A model generated the notes under the pieces. It worked only from the letters and a program-made list of their open reading frames with translations. It ran no database searches and was not told where the DNA came from. DNA of 64,000 bases, taken from assembly GCA_938023735.1 (NCBI GenBank), contig CALJDK010000025.1, positions 102,016 through 166,015 on the forward strand, in the 5' to 3' direction. This document shows positions 1 to 9,697 of the stretch, piece after piece (the first letter of the stretch is position 1; the number at the start of each line of letters is the position of its first letter). The position numbers and the translations under genes were made by a program. The DNA is from an uncultured Acidimicrobiales bacterium. Its GTDB lineage: Bacteria > Actinomycetota > Acidimicrobiia > Acidimicrobiales > SHLQ01.

Positions 1-1414
1 TGGAGACCCAGGTGACCACGTCGCCCACGGCCTCGGCCCGAAGTTGGTCGGCAACCTCGGCCACGGCGTTTACCTCGGAGCCGCGGGCCGAGAACAAGGT
101 AACGATCTCGCTGTGACCGACCTCTTCGCCGTTGGCGACACCTTGGAGAACCTCGCCAATAGCGCCGCCAGCGCTCGCGCGGCCGGCTGAGGGTATGAGG
201 ACAGGCGGCTCGTTATTGGAACCCGAGTACCACTGGGTCGACTCTTCGCCGATGACCAGCACGTCGGCGCCGTCGTTGGCTTTGGCGTTCTCCATGGTCT
301 TTTCTGGCAGAAGAGAACCTGGGTCGTCGCGGCCAAGACCCTCGGCGTCGGAGCGATCCATGACTGGGTGTACCAGGTTTGGGTCGAGCCAGCGCTCGGA
401 GGCCAGAGCGTATTCGGGGTAGATGGTGAGACGAGGGGCCAGGACCTTGCCGTGGGCTTCGGTAACTTCGCCCAGACGATCGAGATCGGGCCAGGGTCGT
501 TCGGGGTTTACGTGGTCGGCGGTAACCGGCGACACGCCGCCCCAATCGTCGATCCCAGCGTCGAGAAGGTCCCCGAAATCGTCGGACAGGTTGGGCGGCG
601 CCTGCAGGTGTATCTCGGCCGGAAGGATGATGCGGGCCAGAGCGATCGCTTCGAGGTAGTCCTCGCGAGGGCACGGAGGATGTTTGTGCATGCCGGTGCC
701 GGCTTTGGGCAGAAAGTTCTGCACGATGACTTCTTGCACGTGGCCGTGACGGCGGTGCGAATCGGCGATGGCTTGCAGCGCGTCGATGCGATCCTGACGC
801 GACTCGCCAATACCTGCCAAGATGCCGGTGGTGTAGGCAATCTGCAGCTCGCCGGCAGCTTCGAGGGTGGCCAGCCGGCGCTCGGGGGTTTTGTCGGGGG
901 CGCCGCGGTGCGCGTCGAGATCGGGGTTCAACGACTCGATCATCATGCCCTGCGACGGCGAGTACGGTCGCAGCTTGGCGAGTTCGTCGGCGGTGAGCGC
1001 ACCAGCGTTGGCGTGGGGGAGTAGACCGGTTTCCTCCAGAACGAGCTTTGCCATCGCAGCCAGGTAATCGATCGTTGATTCGTAACCGTGCTCGGCCAGC
1101 CACTCGGCCGCGGCCGGGTACCGAAGCTCTGGGCGTTCACCCAACGTGAACAAGGCTTCGTGGCACCCAACCTGGGCCCCTGCCTTGGCGATTTCGAGCA
1201 CCTGGTCAGGCGAGAGGTACACGTTGTCGAGCCGCGCCGGCGGCTGGGCAAAGGTGCAGTAGCCACACTTGTCCTGGCACAGCATGGTGAGGGGGATAAA
1301 CACCTTGGGTGAATACGTAACCCGGGTGCCGTACTGGCGATCGCGGATGGTGCCGGCCTCGGCCATGAGTTCGGCGAGTGGAACTCCCGGAGCGGTGATG
1401 TCGGTAATGGTCAT
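1..1414 (-). CDS. fbiC: FO synthase, bifunctional CofG-CofH (F420 biosynthesis); partial, runs off the left edge
   Basis: Not in the ORF track; translated by hand from ATG at 1414: MTITDITAPGVPLAELMAEAGTIRDRQYGTRVTYSPKVFIPLTMLCQDKCGYCTFA. It has the radical-SAM CxxxCxxC motif and CofG-like ALFTLGERPELRY, and continues into CofH-like ADQLRAEAVGDVVTWV. ATGA overlap with the upstream HxlR gene. Confidence 0.92.
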   Translation of the reverse strand, partial: MTITDITAPGVPLAELMAEAGTIRDRQYGTRVTYSPKVFIPLTMLCQDKCGYCTFAQPPARLDNVYLSPDQVLEIAKAGAQVGCHEALFTLGERPELRYPAAAEWLAEHGYESTIDYLAAMAKLVLEETGLLPHANAGALTADELAKLRPYSPSQGMMIESLNPDLDAHRGAPDKTPERRLATLEAAGELQIAYTTGILAGIGESRQDRIDALQAIADSHRRHGHVQEVIVQNFLPKAGTGMHKHPPCPREDYLEAIALARIILPAEIHLQAPPNLSDDFGDLLDAGIDDWGGVSPVTADHVNPERPWPDLDRLGEVTEAHGKVLAPRLTIYPEYALASERWLDPNLVHPVMDRSDAEGLGRDDPGSLLPEKTMENAKANDGADVLVIGEESTQWYSGSNNEPPVLIPSAGRASAGGAIGEVLQGVANGEEVGHSEIVTLFSARGSEVNAVAEVADQLRAEAVGDVVTWVS

Positions 1415-1917
1415 GATTCCCCCGGTACGACTGCTGCCGTACTTTGAATGTGTTCGGGCTTGATTTCGAGCGCGCAGCTTGGGCAGTGCACGCTGTGGAT
1501 AATTGGTGTTCCGCAGGCGTCGTGCACGAGCACGTTGTCGCGGTGGCCGTCGGTGCGCCACTCTTCGCCCCAATGCATCAGGGCGATTAGCACCGGCGAG
1601 AGCGATCGACCCTTTTCGGTGAGGTGGTACTCGAACCGAACCGGGCGTTCCTGGTACTGCACCTTCTCGGCGACGCCGTTGTCGACCAGGCGGCCGAGTC
1701 GGTCCGAGAGCAGGTTCTTGGCGATGCCCAGATCGCACTGGATTTCGCTGAACCGAAACTTGCCACGAAATAGGGCTCGTAGGATCAGCAGCGTCCAGCG
1801 GTCGCCAACAACATCGAGCGTGAGCTGAATGCTCGACGTCTCGGGTTCAGTGTTGACCGACGGTGGAGTGGATTCCGGAGTGGCTGCTGAAGTTGGCGGT
1901 GGAGATGCCATCACCAC
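1411..1917 (-). CDS. HxlR-family winged-helix transcriptional regulator
   Basis: LDVVGDRWTLLILRALFRGKFRFSEIQCDLGIAKNLLSDRL...RFEYHLTEKGRSL; C-terminal HxxCG...CPSC. Confidence 0.9.
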   Translation of the reverse strand: MVMASPPPTSAATPESTPPSVNTEPETSSIQLTLDVVGDRWTLLILRALFRGKFRFSEIQCDLGIAKNLLSDRLGRLVDNGVAEKVQYQERPVRFEYHLTEKGRSLSPVLIALMHWGEEWRTDGHRDNVLVHDACGTPIIHSVHCPSCALEIKPEHIQSTAAVVPGES

Positions 1918-1929
1918 GGACTGTAGACC

Positions 1930-1980
1930 GAGTGGGTATCGATTTGCAACCGACTAGGTAGTTTTTCGCAACCGAGTAGT
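1930..1980. promoter_or_regulatory. Tandem imperfect operator-like repeats upstream of the HxlR gene (probable autoregulatory sites)
   Basis: Direct repeat tt(t/c)gcaaccga(c/g)tag twice, each within an imperfect palindrome, next to a TACAGT -10-like hexamer on the minus strand. Confidence 0.45.
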
Positions 1981-2001
1981 CGGAATCCCACAAAACGGCC
2001 G

Positions 2002-2061
2002 AAAAACAGCGAACCCGTATCGTATCTGCGGGCCGTGACCCCCGAATACGGTACGGGTTCG
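2002..2061 (-). terminator. Hairpin/terminator downstream of tal
   Basis: cgaacccgtatcgtat ... atacggtacgggttcg inverted repeat followed by a T-run on the minus strand. Confidence 0.6.
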
Positions 2062-2101
2062 GATTGTTTGGCGGAGTTGGCGGGGTTCGCTCTGGCGGTA
2101 C

Positions 2102-3196
2102 TTAGAGCGTGGTGGCCTTTTCGGTGAGGGTGGCGAGGAGGTCGTCGAAGCTTTTGACGAACGAGTCGACGCCCTGGTCGAGGAGCACGTTGGTGACATC
2201 GGTGAGGTCGACACCTACATCGGCAAGTGCGGCGATGGTTGCTTTGGCGTCGTCGAGGTCGGCATCGATGGTACGGGCCACGGTGCCGCCCTCAAGGAAC
2301 GCTGCGATGGTCTTGTCGGGAAGGGTGTTGACCGAGTCGGGGCCGATGAGCGTGTCGACGTAGAGCGTGTCGGGGTACGAGGGGTCCTTGGTGGAGGTCG
2401 ATGCCCACAGCACCCGCTGCTTGCGAGCCCCCTTGGCCTCGAGGGCCTCCCAGCGAGGACCGCTGAACGTGGTGAGAAAGGCCTGATAGGCAAGCTTCGC
2501 GTTGGCGATGGCCACCTTGCCTTTCAGGGCGAGTGCCTCGGGTGTGCCGATGGCATCGAGACGGTTGTTGACCTCGACATCGATGCGGCTGATGAAGAAC
2601 GATGCCACCGAGGAAACGTCGGAGATATCGCCGCCGTCGGCTACCCGCTTTTCGAGCCCGTCGATGTAGGCATCCATGACCGCCTGGTATTTATCGATGG
2701 CAAAAAGCAGGGTGACGTTGATGCTACGACCTTCGGCGATCATTTGGCCGATGACCGGCGTGCCCTCGTCGGTGGCGGGGATCTTCACGTACAGGTTGGG
2801 TTCGGCGATCTGGTCGTCGAGTTGGCGGGCCGCTGCTGCAGTTCCTTCGCCATCGCGAGCCAATGACGGATCGACCTCGACCGATACATAGCCGTCGAGG
2901 CCGTTGGTCTCGTCGTACACCGGACGCATGACGGCCAGCGCGTTCTCGATATCGGTGGTCACGAGGCCCCAGTAGCTTTCCTCGATGGACTTGCCCTCGG
3001 CCAGCAACGCCGCAAACTGTTCGGTGTAGTCGTCGCTTCCGCTGATGGCCTTCTGGAAGATCGACGGATTCGAGGTAATGCCTCGAACACCTTTCTCAAG
3101 CCAGGTGGTGAGCTCGCCGTTCTCGATCCAGTCGCGACGGAGGTTGTCGAGCCAGGGGCTCTGGCCAGCGTCGTTAAGGTCGTGAAGTAGCGTCAT
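2102..3196 (-). CDS. tal: Transaldolase (actinobacterial type)
   Basis: GQSPWLDNLRR, GITSNPSIF, YVKIPAT (Schiff-base Lys), INVTLLF, VASFFISR, LWASTSTK; start moved to ATG 3196. Confidence 0.97.
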   Translation of the reverse strand: MTLLHDLNDAGQSPWLDNLRRDWIENGELTTWLEKGVRGITSNPSIFQKAISGSDDYTEQFAALLAEGKSIEESYWGLVTTDIENALAVMRPVYDETNGLDGYVSVEVDPSLARDGEGTAAAARQLDDQIAEPNLYVKIPATDEGTPVIGQMIAEGRSINVTLLFAIDKYQAVMDAYIDGLEKRVADGGDISDVSSVASFFISRIDVEVNNRLDAIGTPEALALKGKVAIANAKLAYQAFLTTFSGPRWEALEAKGARKQRVLWASTSTKDPSYPDTLYVDTLIGPDSVNTLPDKTIAAFLEGGTVARTIDADLDDAKATIAALADVGVDLTDVTNVLLDQGVDSFVKSFDDLLATLTEKATTL

Positions 3197-3334
3197 AAGT
3201 TGGGGCTCCTTGGGGCGTGAAGCCATGCGTGGGCTTCGAGGTGAGTTCGATCGTGTACGAGCGAACCCCGTCAAGGGTAGCGGGCATTCCCCATCGCGCT
3301 TGTGAGCCTTGCTGTTGCGTGGATGAGCCGAGTA

Positions 3335-5293
3335 CTAACCGAGCAGCGCCGCAGCGCGAGCCGCAATGTTGTCGACGCTGATGCCGAGCTCGTCCATGAT
3401 TCGAGACGCCGGTGCAGATGCGCCGAAGCGGTCGATTCCGATGACATCGTCGGCGAACCGGTGCCAGCCCATGGTGCTTGCGGCTTCGACGGCCAGCGTG
3501 GGAACACCCGTTGGCAACACGCTCTCGCGGTACTCGGCCGGCTGCTCATCGAACAGCTCCCAGCAGGGAAGCGATACCACTCGGGCGTTCACGCCGTCGG
3601 CGGCCATCGACGCGGCCACCTCGACGCACTTGTGTACCTCGGAACCGGTGGCGACGAGCACCAGGTCGGGAGCAGCGTCGGAGTCGACCAGCACGTACCC
3701 ACCCTTGTCGGAGGCGCCTGCCGCGGTGCCTTCGAGTACGGGAAGATTCTGGCGGCTCATGATGAGTGCGGTGGGCCCATCGCTTCCGACAGCAACGCCC
3801 CAGGCCTGCGACGCTTCGTTGGCGTCGGCGGGTCGGATAACCCGAAGGCCGGGAATCGCCCGAAGGGCGGCAAGATGTTCGACCGGTTGATGAGTGGGGC
3901 CATCTTCGCCGACACCGATGGAGTCGTGGGTCCACACAAAGATCGACTTTGCGTGCGACAGGGCGGCAAGACGCACGGCGCCTCGCATGTAGTCGCTGAA
4001 CACCAGGAAGGTGCCGCCAACCGGAATGCAGCCGCCGTGTAGCGCCATGCCGTTCATGATGGCGCCCATGCCGTGCTCGCGGATACCGAAGTAGATCTGA
4101 CGGCCGGAGCGGTCGTCGGCGGTGAACACGCCACGGTCGATGGCGGTTCCGGTATTGCCCGTGAGGTCGGCGCCGCCGCCCATGATTCCGGGCACCGAGT
4201 CGAGGATTGCGGCCATTGCCTGGCCGCCAGCCTTCCGGGTGGCGATGCTCTCGCCGACGTCGAAGGTGGGAAGGTTGGCGCGCCAGCCGTCGAGTCCGGT
4301 GGCGGCGACACAGGCGTCGTAGGTGTCGCGGTCGCCCGACCACGCCGCCGCACCTGCCTGTTGTGCCGTGCGTGCTTCGGTTCCTCGAACCCCGGCGGCC
4401 CGGTAGTACTCGAGTACCTCGGCGGGCACGTGAAACGGCTCGTTCGGCAGGCCCATCGCCGCCTTGGTGGAAGCGATCTGTTCGTCCTTGAACACATAGC
4501 CGTGGGCGTGCGGGTCGTCGGTGTGCTCGGGCGATGGCGTACCGATGTAGGTGCGAACGATGATGATCGAGGGCTTATCGGTGACCTCTTTGGCGCGCAG
4601 GAAAGCTGCCTCGAGAGCATCGAGATCTTCTCCGGCCTCGCCGATCTCGTCGACATGCCAGCCGTAGGAGCGGAACCGGGCGCCAGCATCGTCGCTGAGC
4701 GAAATCTCGGTGTGGCCATCGATGGACACGTGGTTGTCGTCGTACAAGTAGATCAGGCGACCGAGGCCAAGGTGGCCGGCCAGCGACGCCGACTCGTGGC
4801 TTACGCCTTCGGCAAGGTCGCCGTCGGACACGACGCCATAGATGAAGTGGTCGCAGACCTCGGTGCCGAACCGAGCGCGGAGCGACTCTTCGGCGATGGC
4901 CATTCCGACGCCGTTGGCGAAGCCCTGGCCGAGAGGTCCGGTGGTGACCTCGACGCCGGTGGTGTGGCCGACTTCGGGGTGGCCCGGGGTGAGCGAATCC
5001 CACTGACGGAACGCCTTGAGGTCGTCGAGGGTCAGACCAAAGCCGGTGAGATGCAGCATTGAGTAGAGCAGGATCGATGCATGTCCGGGCGACAGGATAA
5101 AGCGGTCGCGATCGGCCCATTGGGGCTCGGACGCGTCGTAGTTCATGATGCGGGTCCACAGCACGTGGGCGGCAGGAGCCAGCGACATCGCAGTGCCCTG
5201 GTGACCCGACGACGCGGCATGTGGTGCATCCATCGAGAGGCCACGAATGACGTTGATTGCGGTTTGTTCGAGGGCCAGCTGGTCGGTTGACAT
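3335..5293 (-). CDS. tkt: Transketolase
   Basis: DRFILSPGHAS, TPGHPE, TTGPLGQG, SDGDLAEG (TPP motif), THDSIGVGEDGPTHQP; start moved to ATG 5293. Confidence 0.97.
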   Translation of the reverse strand: MSTDQLALEQTAINVIRGLSMDAPHAASSGHQGTAMSLAPAAHVLWTRIMNYDASEPQWADRDRFILSPGHASILLYSMLHLTGFGLTLDDLKAFRQWDSLTPGHPEVGHTTGVEVTTGPLGQGFANGVGMAIAEESLRARFGTEVCDHFIYGVVSDGDLAEGVSHESASLAGHLGLGRLIYLYDDNHVSIDGHTEISLSDDAGARFRSYGWHVDEIGEAGEDLDALEAAFLRAKEVTDKPSIIIVRTYIGTPSPEHTDDPHAHGYVFKDEQIASTKAAMGLPNEPFHVPAEVLEYYRAAGVRGTEARTAQQAGAAAWSGDRDTYDACVAATGLDGWRANLPTFDVGESIATRKAGGQAMAAILDSVPGIMGGGADLTGNTGTAIDRGVFTADDRSGRQIYFGIREHGMGAIMNGMALHGGCIPVGGTFLVFSDYMRGAVRLAALSHAKSIFVWTHDSIGVGEDGPTHQPVEHLAALRAIPGLRVIRPADANEASQAWGVAVGSDGPTALIMSRQNLPVLEGTAAGASDKGGYVLVDSDAAPDLVLVATGSEVHKCVEVAASMAADGVNARVVSLPCWELFDEQPAEYRESVLPTGVPTLAVEAASTMGWHRFADDVIGIDRFGASAPASRIMDELGISVDNIAARAAALLG

Positions 5294-5370
5294 GTAGTGC
5301 TTCCTGCGGAAAAGGTAGTGGGGGTGGGGAACGAATCGTTGGGCAAGTGTCGGAGCGTAAGTATCCGAAA

Positions 5371-6507
5371 CTAGTGGAACAGTAGTGTTGAAGCGGTGAA
5401 GCCGTGCAGGTAATTTACGCCGCCGATCGGGCCGATCTCGCCAGCACAAAACATGCCTGCGAGCGCCGCCCCCTCGGTCCGATCGTGCACCGTTGCCGCG
5501 TCGTGGTGAGGTTCACCGAAAAGATAGGTGCCCCGACCGTTGCAAGTGAACACGAGGGCTGCTTGGCTGCCCGCCGACTCTTCGTGAAGAAGGTTGAGAT
5601 CTTCACTGGCGGTGGCGGCATCGCGAACTTGAAACTGCACGACCGCGCCAACCGGCGCATGATCGCCGATGGCAATCGCTCGCGTGGTTTTGTCGGCGCC
5701 CAGGACGCCTCGAATCACAAAGTCGCCACGCTCGAAGGTTGCTCGCTGTTCGTTGGCCACGATGCCGATATGAACCCCCTGACTGAGAAGGCGCCGTTCG
5801 TCATCGGTGGCGTCGGCCACCAGCGATTCGAGCCGGTCGAGAGCCGGGCTTCCGCCCAACTCCTCGATCATGTTGTCGGTGGACTTGGTGACGGTGAAGG
5901 GGTCGCCGATGGGTCGACATCCCTGGGATACCACCGTCGTGGTTGCGGTGGACCTGTCGAGCACGACGGCGACAGCGCCGTGGTCATAGGTGTCGTCGTT
6001 CAGTACTACCCGGTTTCCGCCAGGCCCTCGCGCAGCCGACGCCAAACCGCCAACCAGGCTGATGCCGGGCGCTGACGCATTGAGGGCCTGAAGCAGCCCA
6101 TCGGCCGGAAACGAGAACGGGTCGGCCAGGACCAGCAGTGTGTCGTCGGCGGTGAGACCGGCGGGCAATCCGTCGATACTCCAACCGTCAGAGCCCTGCG
6201 ATGCGTTAAGACGAACGGGTCGACACTGGCCCACGTTTCCGGCCCACAGCGATAGTGCGGGGCCTTCCTCGACCTCGCGTGCTCCGCCCATCACCGACAC
6301 AGCCGTCGTGCCGATGAGCGTGGTTGGCTGCAGCACCTGATGCACCACGGCGAGGAGGTCTTCGAGCACGCCAACCAGAGGGGCGGTGACGAACAAGATG
6401 GCAAGGTCGGGGGCCGGACCGACGCCATCGAGCACATCGCCTACCGCTTCACCGATGGCGTGGGTGGCCAGAGGATGCTCGGACAGCGAGCTGGCGAACC
6501 GGGCCAT
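5371..6507 (-). CDS. FIST N/C-domain small-ligand sensory protein
   Basis: VSQGCRPIG, VQFQVRDA, FTCNGRG, GMFCAGEIGP, LHGFTAS motifs; start moved to ATG 6507. Confidence 0.9.
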   Translation of the reverse strand: MARFASSLSEHPLATHAIGEAVGDVLDGVGPAPDLAILFVTAPLVGVLEDLLAVVHQVLQPTTLIGTTAVSVMGGAREVEEGPALSLWAGNVGQCRPVRLNASQGSDGWSIDGLPAGLTADDTLLVLADPFSFPADGLLQALNASAPGISLVGGLASAARGPGGNRVVLNDDTYDHGAVAVVLDRSTATTTVVSQGCRPIGDPFTVTKSTDNMIEELGGSPALDRLESLVADATDDERRLLSQGVHIGIVANEQRATFERGDFVIRGVLGADKTTRAIAIGDHAPVGAVVQFQVRDAATASEDLNLLHEESAGSQAALVFTCNGRGTYLFGEPHHDAATVHDRTEGAALAGMFCAGEIGPIGGVNYLHGFTASTLLFH

Positions 6508-6512
6508 GTGCG

Positions 6513-6905
6513 CTACTCGGCGGGGGCCGGTGGAAGGAGCGTGTAGGGCACCAGCGTTTCGACGCCTCGGTCGATGCTGCAATGGGCGTAGATGGTGCCG
6601 TAGTCGTCGAACTCGAGCTCGGCGCGAACCAGGCGGTAGGTGAACTTGCCTGGCTCGACCTGAAGCGGTTGTACGTTGCGGGCGATCTGCTCGCCGTCGC
6701 GTTTGAACACCACCTCGAGCACGCCGTCGCCCGATTCCTCGGGTCCGGCGTGGGCGATTATCGCCAGGTGCGGTGCCCACGTGAGGGGCAAAGGCGTTGG
6801 CGCCGCGGCCGAGAACTGAATTCCGGCCATATCGATTCGGGTGCTCGGGCCATCGACCTGACGAAGATCGATCGTGTCAAGAAAGAGTGCGGAGAGAATT
6901 TGCAT
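6513..6905 (-). CDS. Hypothetical protein (beta-rich, DUF6941-like)
   Basis: 130-aa ORF with normal composition, ending 5 nt upstream of the FIST gene on the same strand. Confidence 0.65.
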   Translation of the reverse strand: MQILSALFLDTIDLRQVDGPSTRIDMAGIQFSAAAPTPLPLTWAPHLAIIAHAGPEESGDGVLEVVFKRDGEQIARNVQPLQVEPGKFTYRLVRAELEFDDYGTIYAHCSIDRGVETLVPYTLLPPAPAE

Positions 6906-6947
6906 GATCTCCGGATCTTTACACGCGACGTCCTCTACGATTGCGCC

Positions 6948-8360
6948 GTGCGCAAGCTCGTTCTACCCCTTTTGCTCCTTATCGCCGCCGGAGTGGCCGC
7001 GTGGATGGCCCGCGAAGCCGACCGCGAGGCGGCCGCATTAAGCGAGCCGGCCGCTTCATCGCCGCAGCCATCGCCGGTTACGCCCATGTTCTCGGCCCGT
7101 CGACTTCCCACGTTTATCCGCGTAGCAACATCCAACGAAGTGCTGGCCGAAGATCTGGTGTCGGTGGTCAACGAATCGCCCGAGGCGTCGTGTCTGGTGG
7201 TTCACTCCAGCAGCGGTGAAGAAGTCTTCAACCACAACGGCACGTTGCCACTGGTGCCCGCGTCGGCGCAGAAACTTGTCACCGGCGCCGCAGCTCTCGA
7301 GGCACTCGGCGAGGACTTCACCTATAAGACGGTGGTTGCCGCCGAGTCGATTGTCGACGGCGTGGTCGAGGGCGACCTTTGGCTGATCGGCGGCGGCGAC
7401 CCAATTATCGCCACCGAGCGCTACATCGGTCGTTACCCCGAAGCCCACGCCTTCACCGACCTGGCCGAGCTTGCCGATGCCGTGGTGGCATTTGGGATCA
7501 CTGAGGTTCGAGGCGCAGTCGTCGGTGTCGAAAGTCGCTACGACCTTGAGCGCTCGGTTGCCAGTTGGCCTCCCCGGTTCGTCGACCAGAACCAAACCGG
7601 CCCGCTCAGCGCACTGTCGGTAAACGACGGTTTCAGCCGGTACCCCGACGACAATGAAGCCAACCAACTCGCTACCCGTTCCGAGCAGCCAGCGGTGAAC
7701 TCGGCGGCGATTTTCGACGATCTGCTCGAAGCGCGGGGAATCATTCCGCAACAGAGCGCAAAGACCGGTGAGCCGCCAAACGGCATGCAGGAGATCGCCG
7801 TGCTCGAATCGCCGCCGATGACCGATGTCGTTGGCCAGATGTTGGCCAACAGCGACAACAGCACTGCCGAGCTGTTGTTGAAAGAAATTGGCCTGGCAGC
7901 TCGCAACGAACCAACCACCGCAGCCGGTGCAGCAGCGTCGGGCGTTCTCATGACGAGAGCTGGTTTCAAGATGGCTGGGGTCGTCGTGGACGATGGCAGT
8001 GGCCTGTCGAGCGAAAACCAGCTGACCTGCGACTTGCTAATCGACCTGCTCGACCGGGCCGGCCCGGAATCGGCGATTGCCGGAGGTCTGGCCATCGGAG
8101 GCGAGCGAGGCACCCTGCGCGAACGATTTCAGGGCGCCGACGTCACCGGCAAGATTCGAGGAAAGACCGGCAGCCTCAATGAGGTGTCGGCGCTGGCTGG
8201 CTTCGCCGAGGCTGCCAATGGCGACATCCTTACCTTCGCCTACATCGCCAACCAGCCAGAACTTAACCCCAACCGAGCCCATGCAATCCAGGAAGACCTG
8301 GGCGAGGAGCTTGTCGAGTACCCCGAAGGTCCGGCACTCGCCGACCTGGGTCCGAAGTAG
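6948..8360 (+). CDS. dacB: D-alanyl-D-alanine carboxypeptidase/endopeptidase (peptidase S13, PBP4)
   Basis: N-terminal anchor, PASAQK (SxxK), GGGDP, SDN, DGSGLS, KTG; GTG start 6 nt after TACGAT. Confidence 0.95.
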   Translation: MRKLVLPLLLLIAAGVAAWMAREADREAAALSEPAASSPQPSPVTPMFSARRLPTFIRVATSNEVLAEDLVSVVNESPEASCLVVHSSSGEEVFNHNGTLPLVPASAQKLVTGAAALEALGEDFTYKTVVAAESIVDGVVEGDLWLIGGGDPIIATERYIGRYPEAHAFTDLAELADAVVAFGITEVRGAVVGVESRYDLERSVASWPPRFVDQNQTGPLSALSVNDGFSRYPDDNEANQLATRSEQPAVNSAAIFDDLLEARGIIPQQSAKTGEPPNGMQEIAVLESPPMTDVVGQMLANSDNSTAELLLKEIGLAARNEPTTAAGAAASGVLMTRAGFKMAGVVVDDGSGLSSENQLTCDLLIDLLDRAGPESAIAGGLAIGGERGTLRERFQGADVTGKIRGKTGSLNEVSALAGFAEAANGDILTFAYIANQPELNPNRAHAIQEDLGEELVEYPEGPALADLGPK

Positions 8361-8369
8361 TAGGCGCTT

Positions 8370-9002
8370 ATGGTCGACGCCTACGAGCTCCCCATGTTCC
8401 CGCTCGGCTCGGTGCTGTTTACGTCGATGGTTCTGCCGCTTCACCTGTTTGAGCCGCGGTACCTCCAGTTGGCCAGCGACGTATTGGCCGGCGACCGAGA
8501 GTTCGGTGTGGTGCTCATCGAGCGCGGCAGCGAAGTCGGCGGGGGAGAGGTGCGATGCGATGTCGGCACTGTTGCCCAGGTTCTTGAAGAGCATCAGTTC
8601 GATGACGGCCGGTGGGCGCTCGGCTCGGTCGGAACTCGGCGAATCAAGGTTCTCGAGTGGCTCGACGACAATCCTTACCCCCGTGCACTGGTGGTCGATC
8701 TCCCCGAAGAAACCGACTACGAGCAGCCCGAAGTGTTGCGAGACACCGTGGCCAACTGTGAAAGCCAACTTCGACGGGCCATCGACAAACTCGTTCGCCT
8801 CGGCGAGGTGCCAGCGGGTATCGAGCTTGAGATCAGCGAGGATCCGGCACTGGCATCGCACCAGATTTCGGCGCTGGGACCGTTCGGCCCGTCCGACCGG
8901 CAAGATCTGCTTACCAGCGACGGTGCCAGCGAGCGACTCGAGTTACTCGACGGACTCCTCGACGACGCCCATGCGATGCTTGACTTCCGCCTTGCGGAAT
9001 AG
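8370..9002 (+). CDS. Stand-alone Lon N-terminal (substrate-binding) domain protein
   Basis: LPMFPLGSVLF...LPLHLFEPRY...FGVVLIERGSEVGGG; no AAA+ or protease domain. Confidence 0.9.
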   Translation: MVDAYELPMFPLGSVLFTSMVLPLHLFEPRYLQLASDVLAGDREFGVVLIERGSEVGGGEVRCDVGTVAQVLEEHQFDDGRWALGSVGTRRIKVLEWLDDNPYPRALVVDLPEETDYEQPEVLRDTVANCESQLRRAIDKLVRLGEVPAGIELEISEDPALASHQISALGPFGPSDRQDLLTSDGASERLELLDGLLDDAHAMLDFRLAE

Positions 9003-9042
9003 GCTCGACTTCCGCCTTGCGGAATAGGCTCGACTTCCGCCT
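8982..9042. repeat. 25-bp tandem repeat (2 full copies + 1 partial) spanning the stop codon
   Basis: gacttccgccttgcggaataggctc x2 + gacttccgcct; each unit holds the hairpin ttccgc-ctt-gcggaa. Confidence 0.9.
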
Positions 9043-9150
9043 CGCTGACCGACAGACGAAGCCTCGACGGCTATCTGTTCCGCCCGCTTGGTCAATGAAC
9101 ACAACGAGACGGTCTACTAGAGTCGGCGCTTGGTAGAGGAGGCCCACATC

Positions 9151-9456
9151 GTGGCAGAAGAAGTCGTTGAAAAAGACGAGAATCCGGTCAATGAGGTCGT
9201 CAACCTCATCAAGGCGTACGCCATGCAAGAGACCGTTGAACCGCTCAAGCCCATCGGAAAGTTCGTCGCCTTCGGTGCCGCGGGCGGGATCCTCATGGGG
9301 CTTGGTATCTTGCTGATGTCCCTGGCGATGCTCCGAGGCCTCCAAACCGTCGACTTCTTCGATGGAAACTGGTCGCTGCTCGCCTACCTCGCGGTCGGAC
9401 TGACCGTTCTCCTCATCGCTGGCCTGCTCGGCTCACGAATCAAGAAAGACCTCTAA
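9151..9456 (+). CDS. Two-TM membrane protein, actinobacterial holin-X (phage holin family)-like
   Basis: Amphipathic N-terminus (LIKAYAMQET) plus two hydrophobic segments; GGAGG RBS before GTG 9151. Confidence 0.65.
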   Translation: MAEEVVEKDENPVNEVVNLIKAYAMQETVEPLKPIGKFVAFGAAGGILMGLGILLMSLAMLRGLQTVDFFDGNWSLLAYLAVGLTVLLIAGLLGSRIKKDL

Positions 9457-9459
9457 GCA

Positions 9460-9687
9460 ATGACCGACCCATCAAAAAAGACGATCACGCCCAGCGATCT
9501 CGAATCACAGTTTCGCGGCATCAAGTCCCAGGTCGACGAAAAGACCGGCCAGGCGAAAGCGCAGGCCGCAAACAAGATGGTTCCCGCCGGTGTCGCCGCT
9601 GCGGTCCTCGTCTTGCTGATTGGTTTCCTGTTCGGTAAGCGCGCTGCCAAGAAGACCTCTTCGGTCGTCGAAATTCGTCGGATCTGA
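9460..9687 (+). CDS. Small tail-anchored membrane protein (DUF3618-like)
   Basis: Helical N-terminus, single TM, basic tail; operonic with the holin-like gene. Confidence 0.6.
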   Translation: MTDPSKKTITPSDLESQFRGIKSQVDEKTGQAKAQAANKMVPAGVAAAVLVLLIGFLFGKRAAKKTSSVVEIRRI

Positions 9688-9697
9688 CCACCCGCTC

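Noticed and set aside
8982-9042. Hairpin-containing 25-bp direct repeats as a CRISPR array
   Set aside because: The units are contiguous with no spacers, they copy the gene's own 3' end, and no cas genes are present.
9151-9687. Holin-like gene as evidence of a prophage
   Set aside because: No phage structural, lysin or integrase genes are nearby, and holin-X-like genes are commonly chromosomal in actinobacteria.
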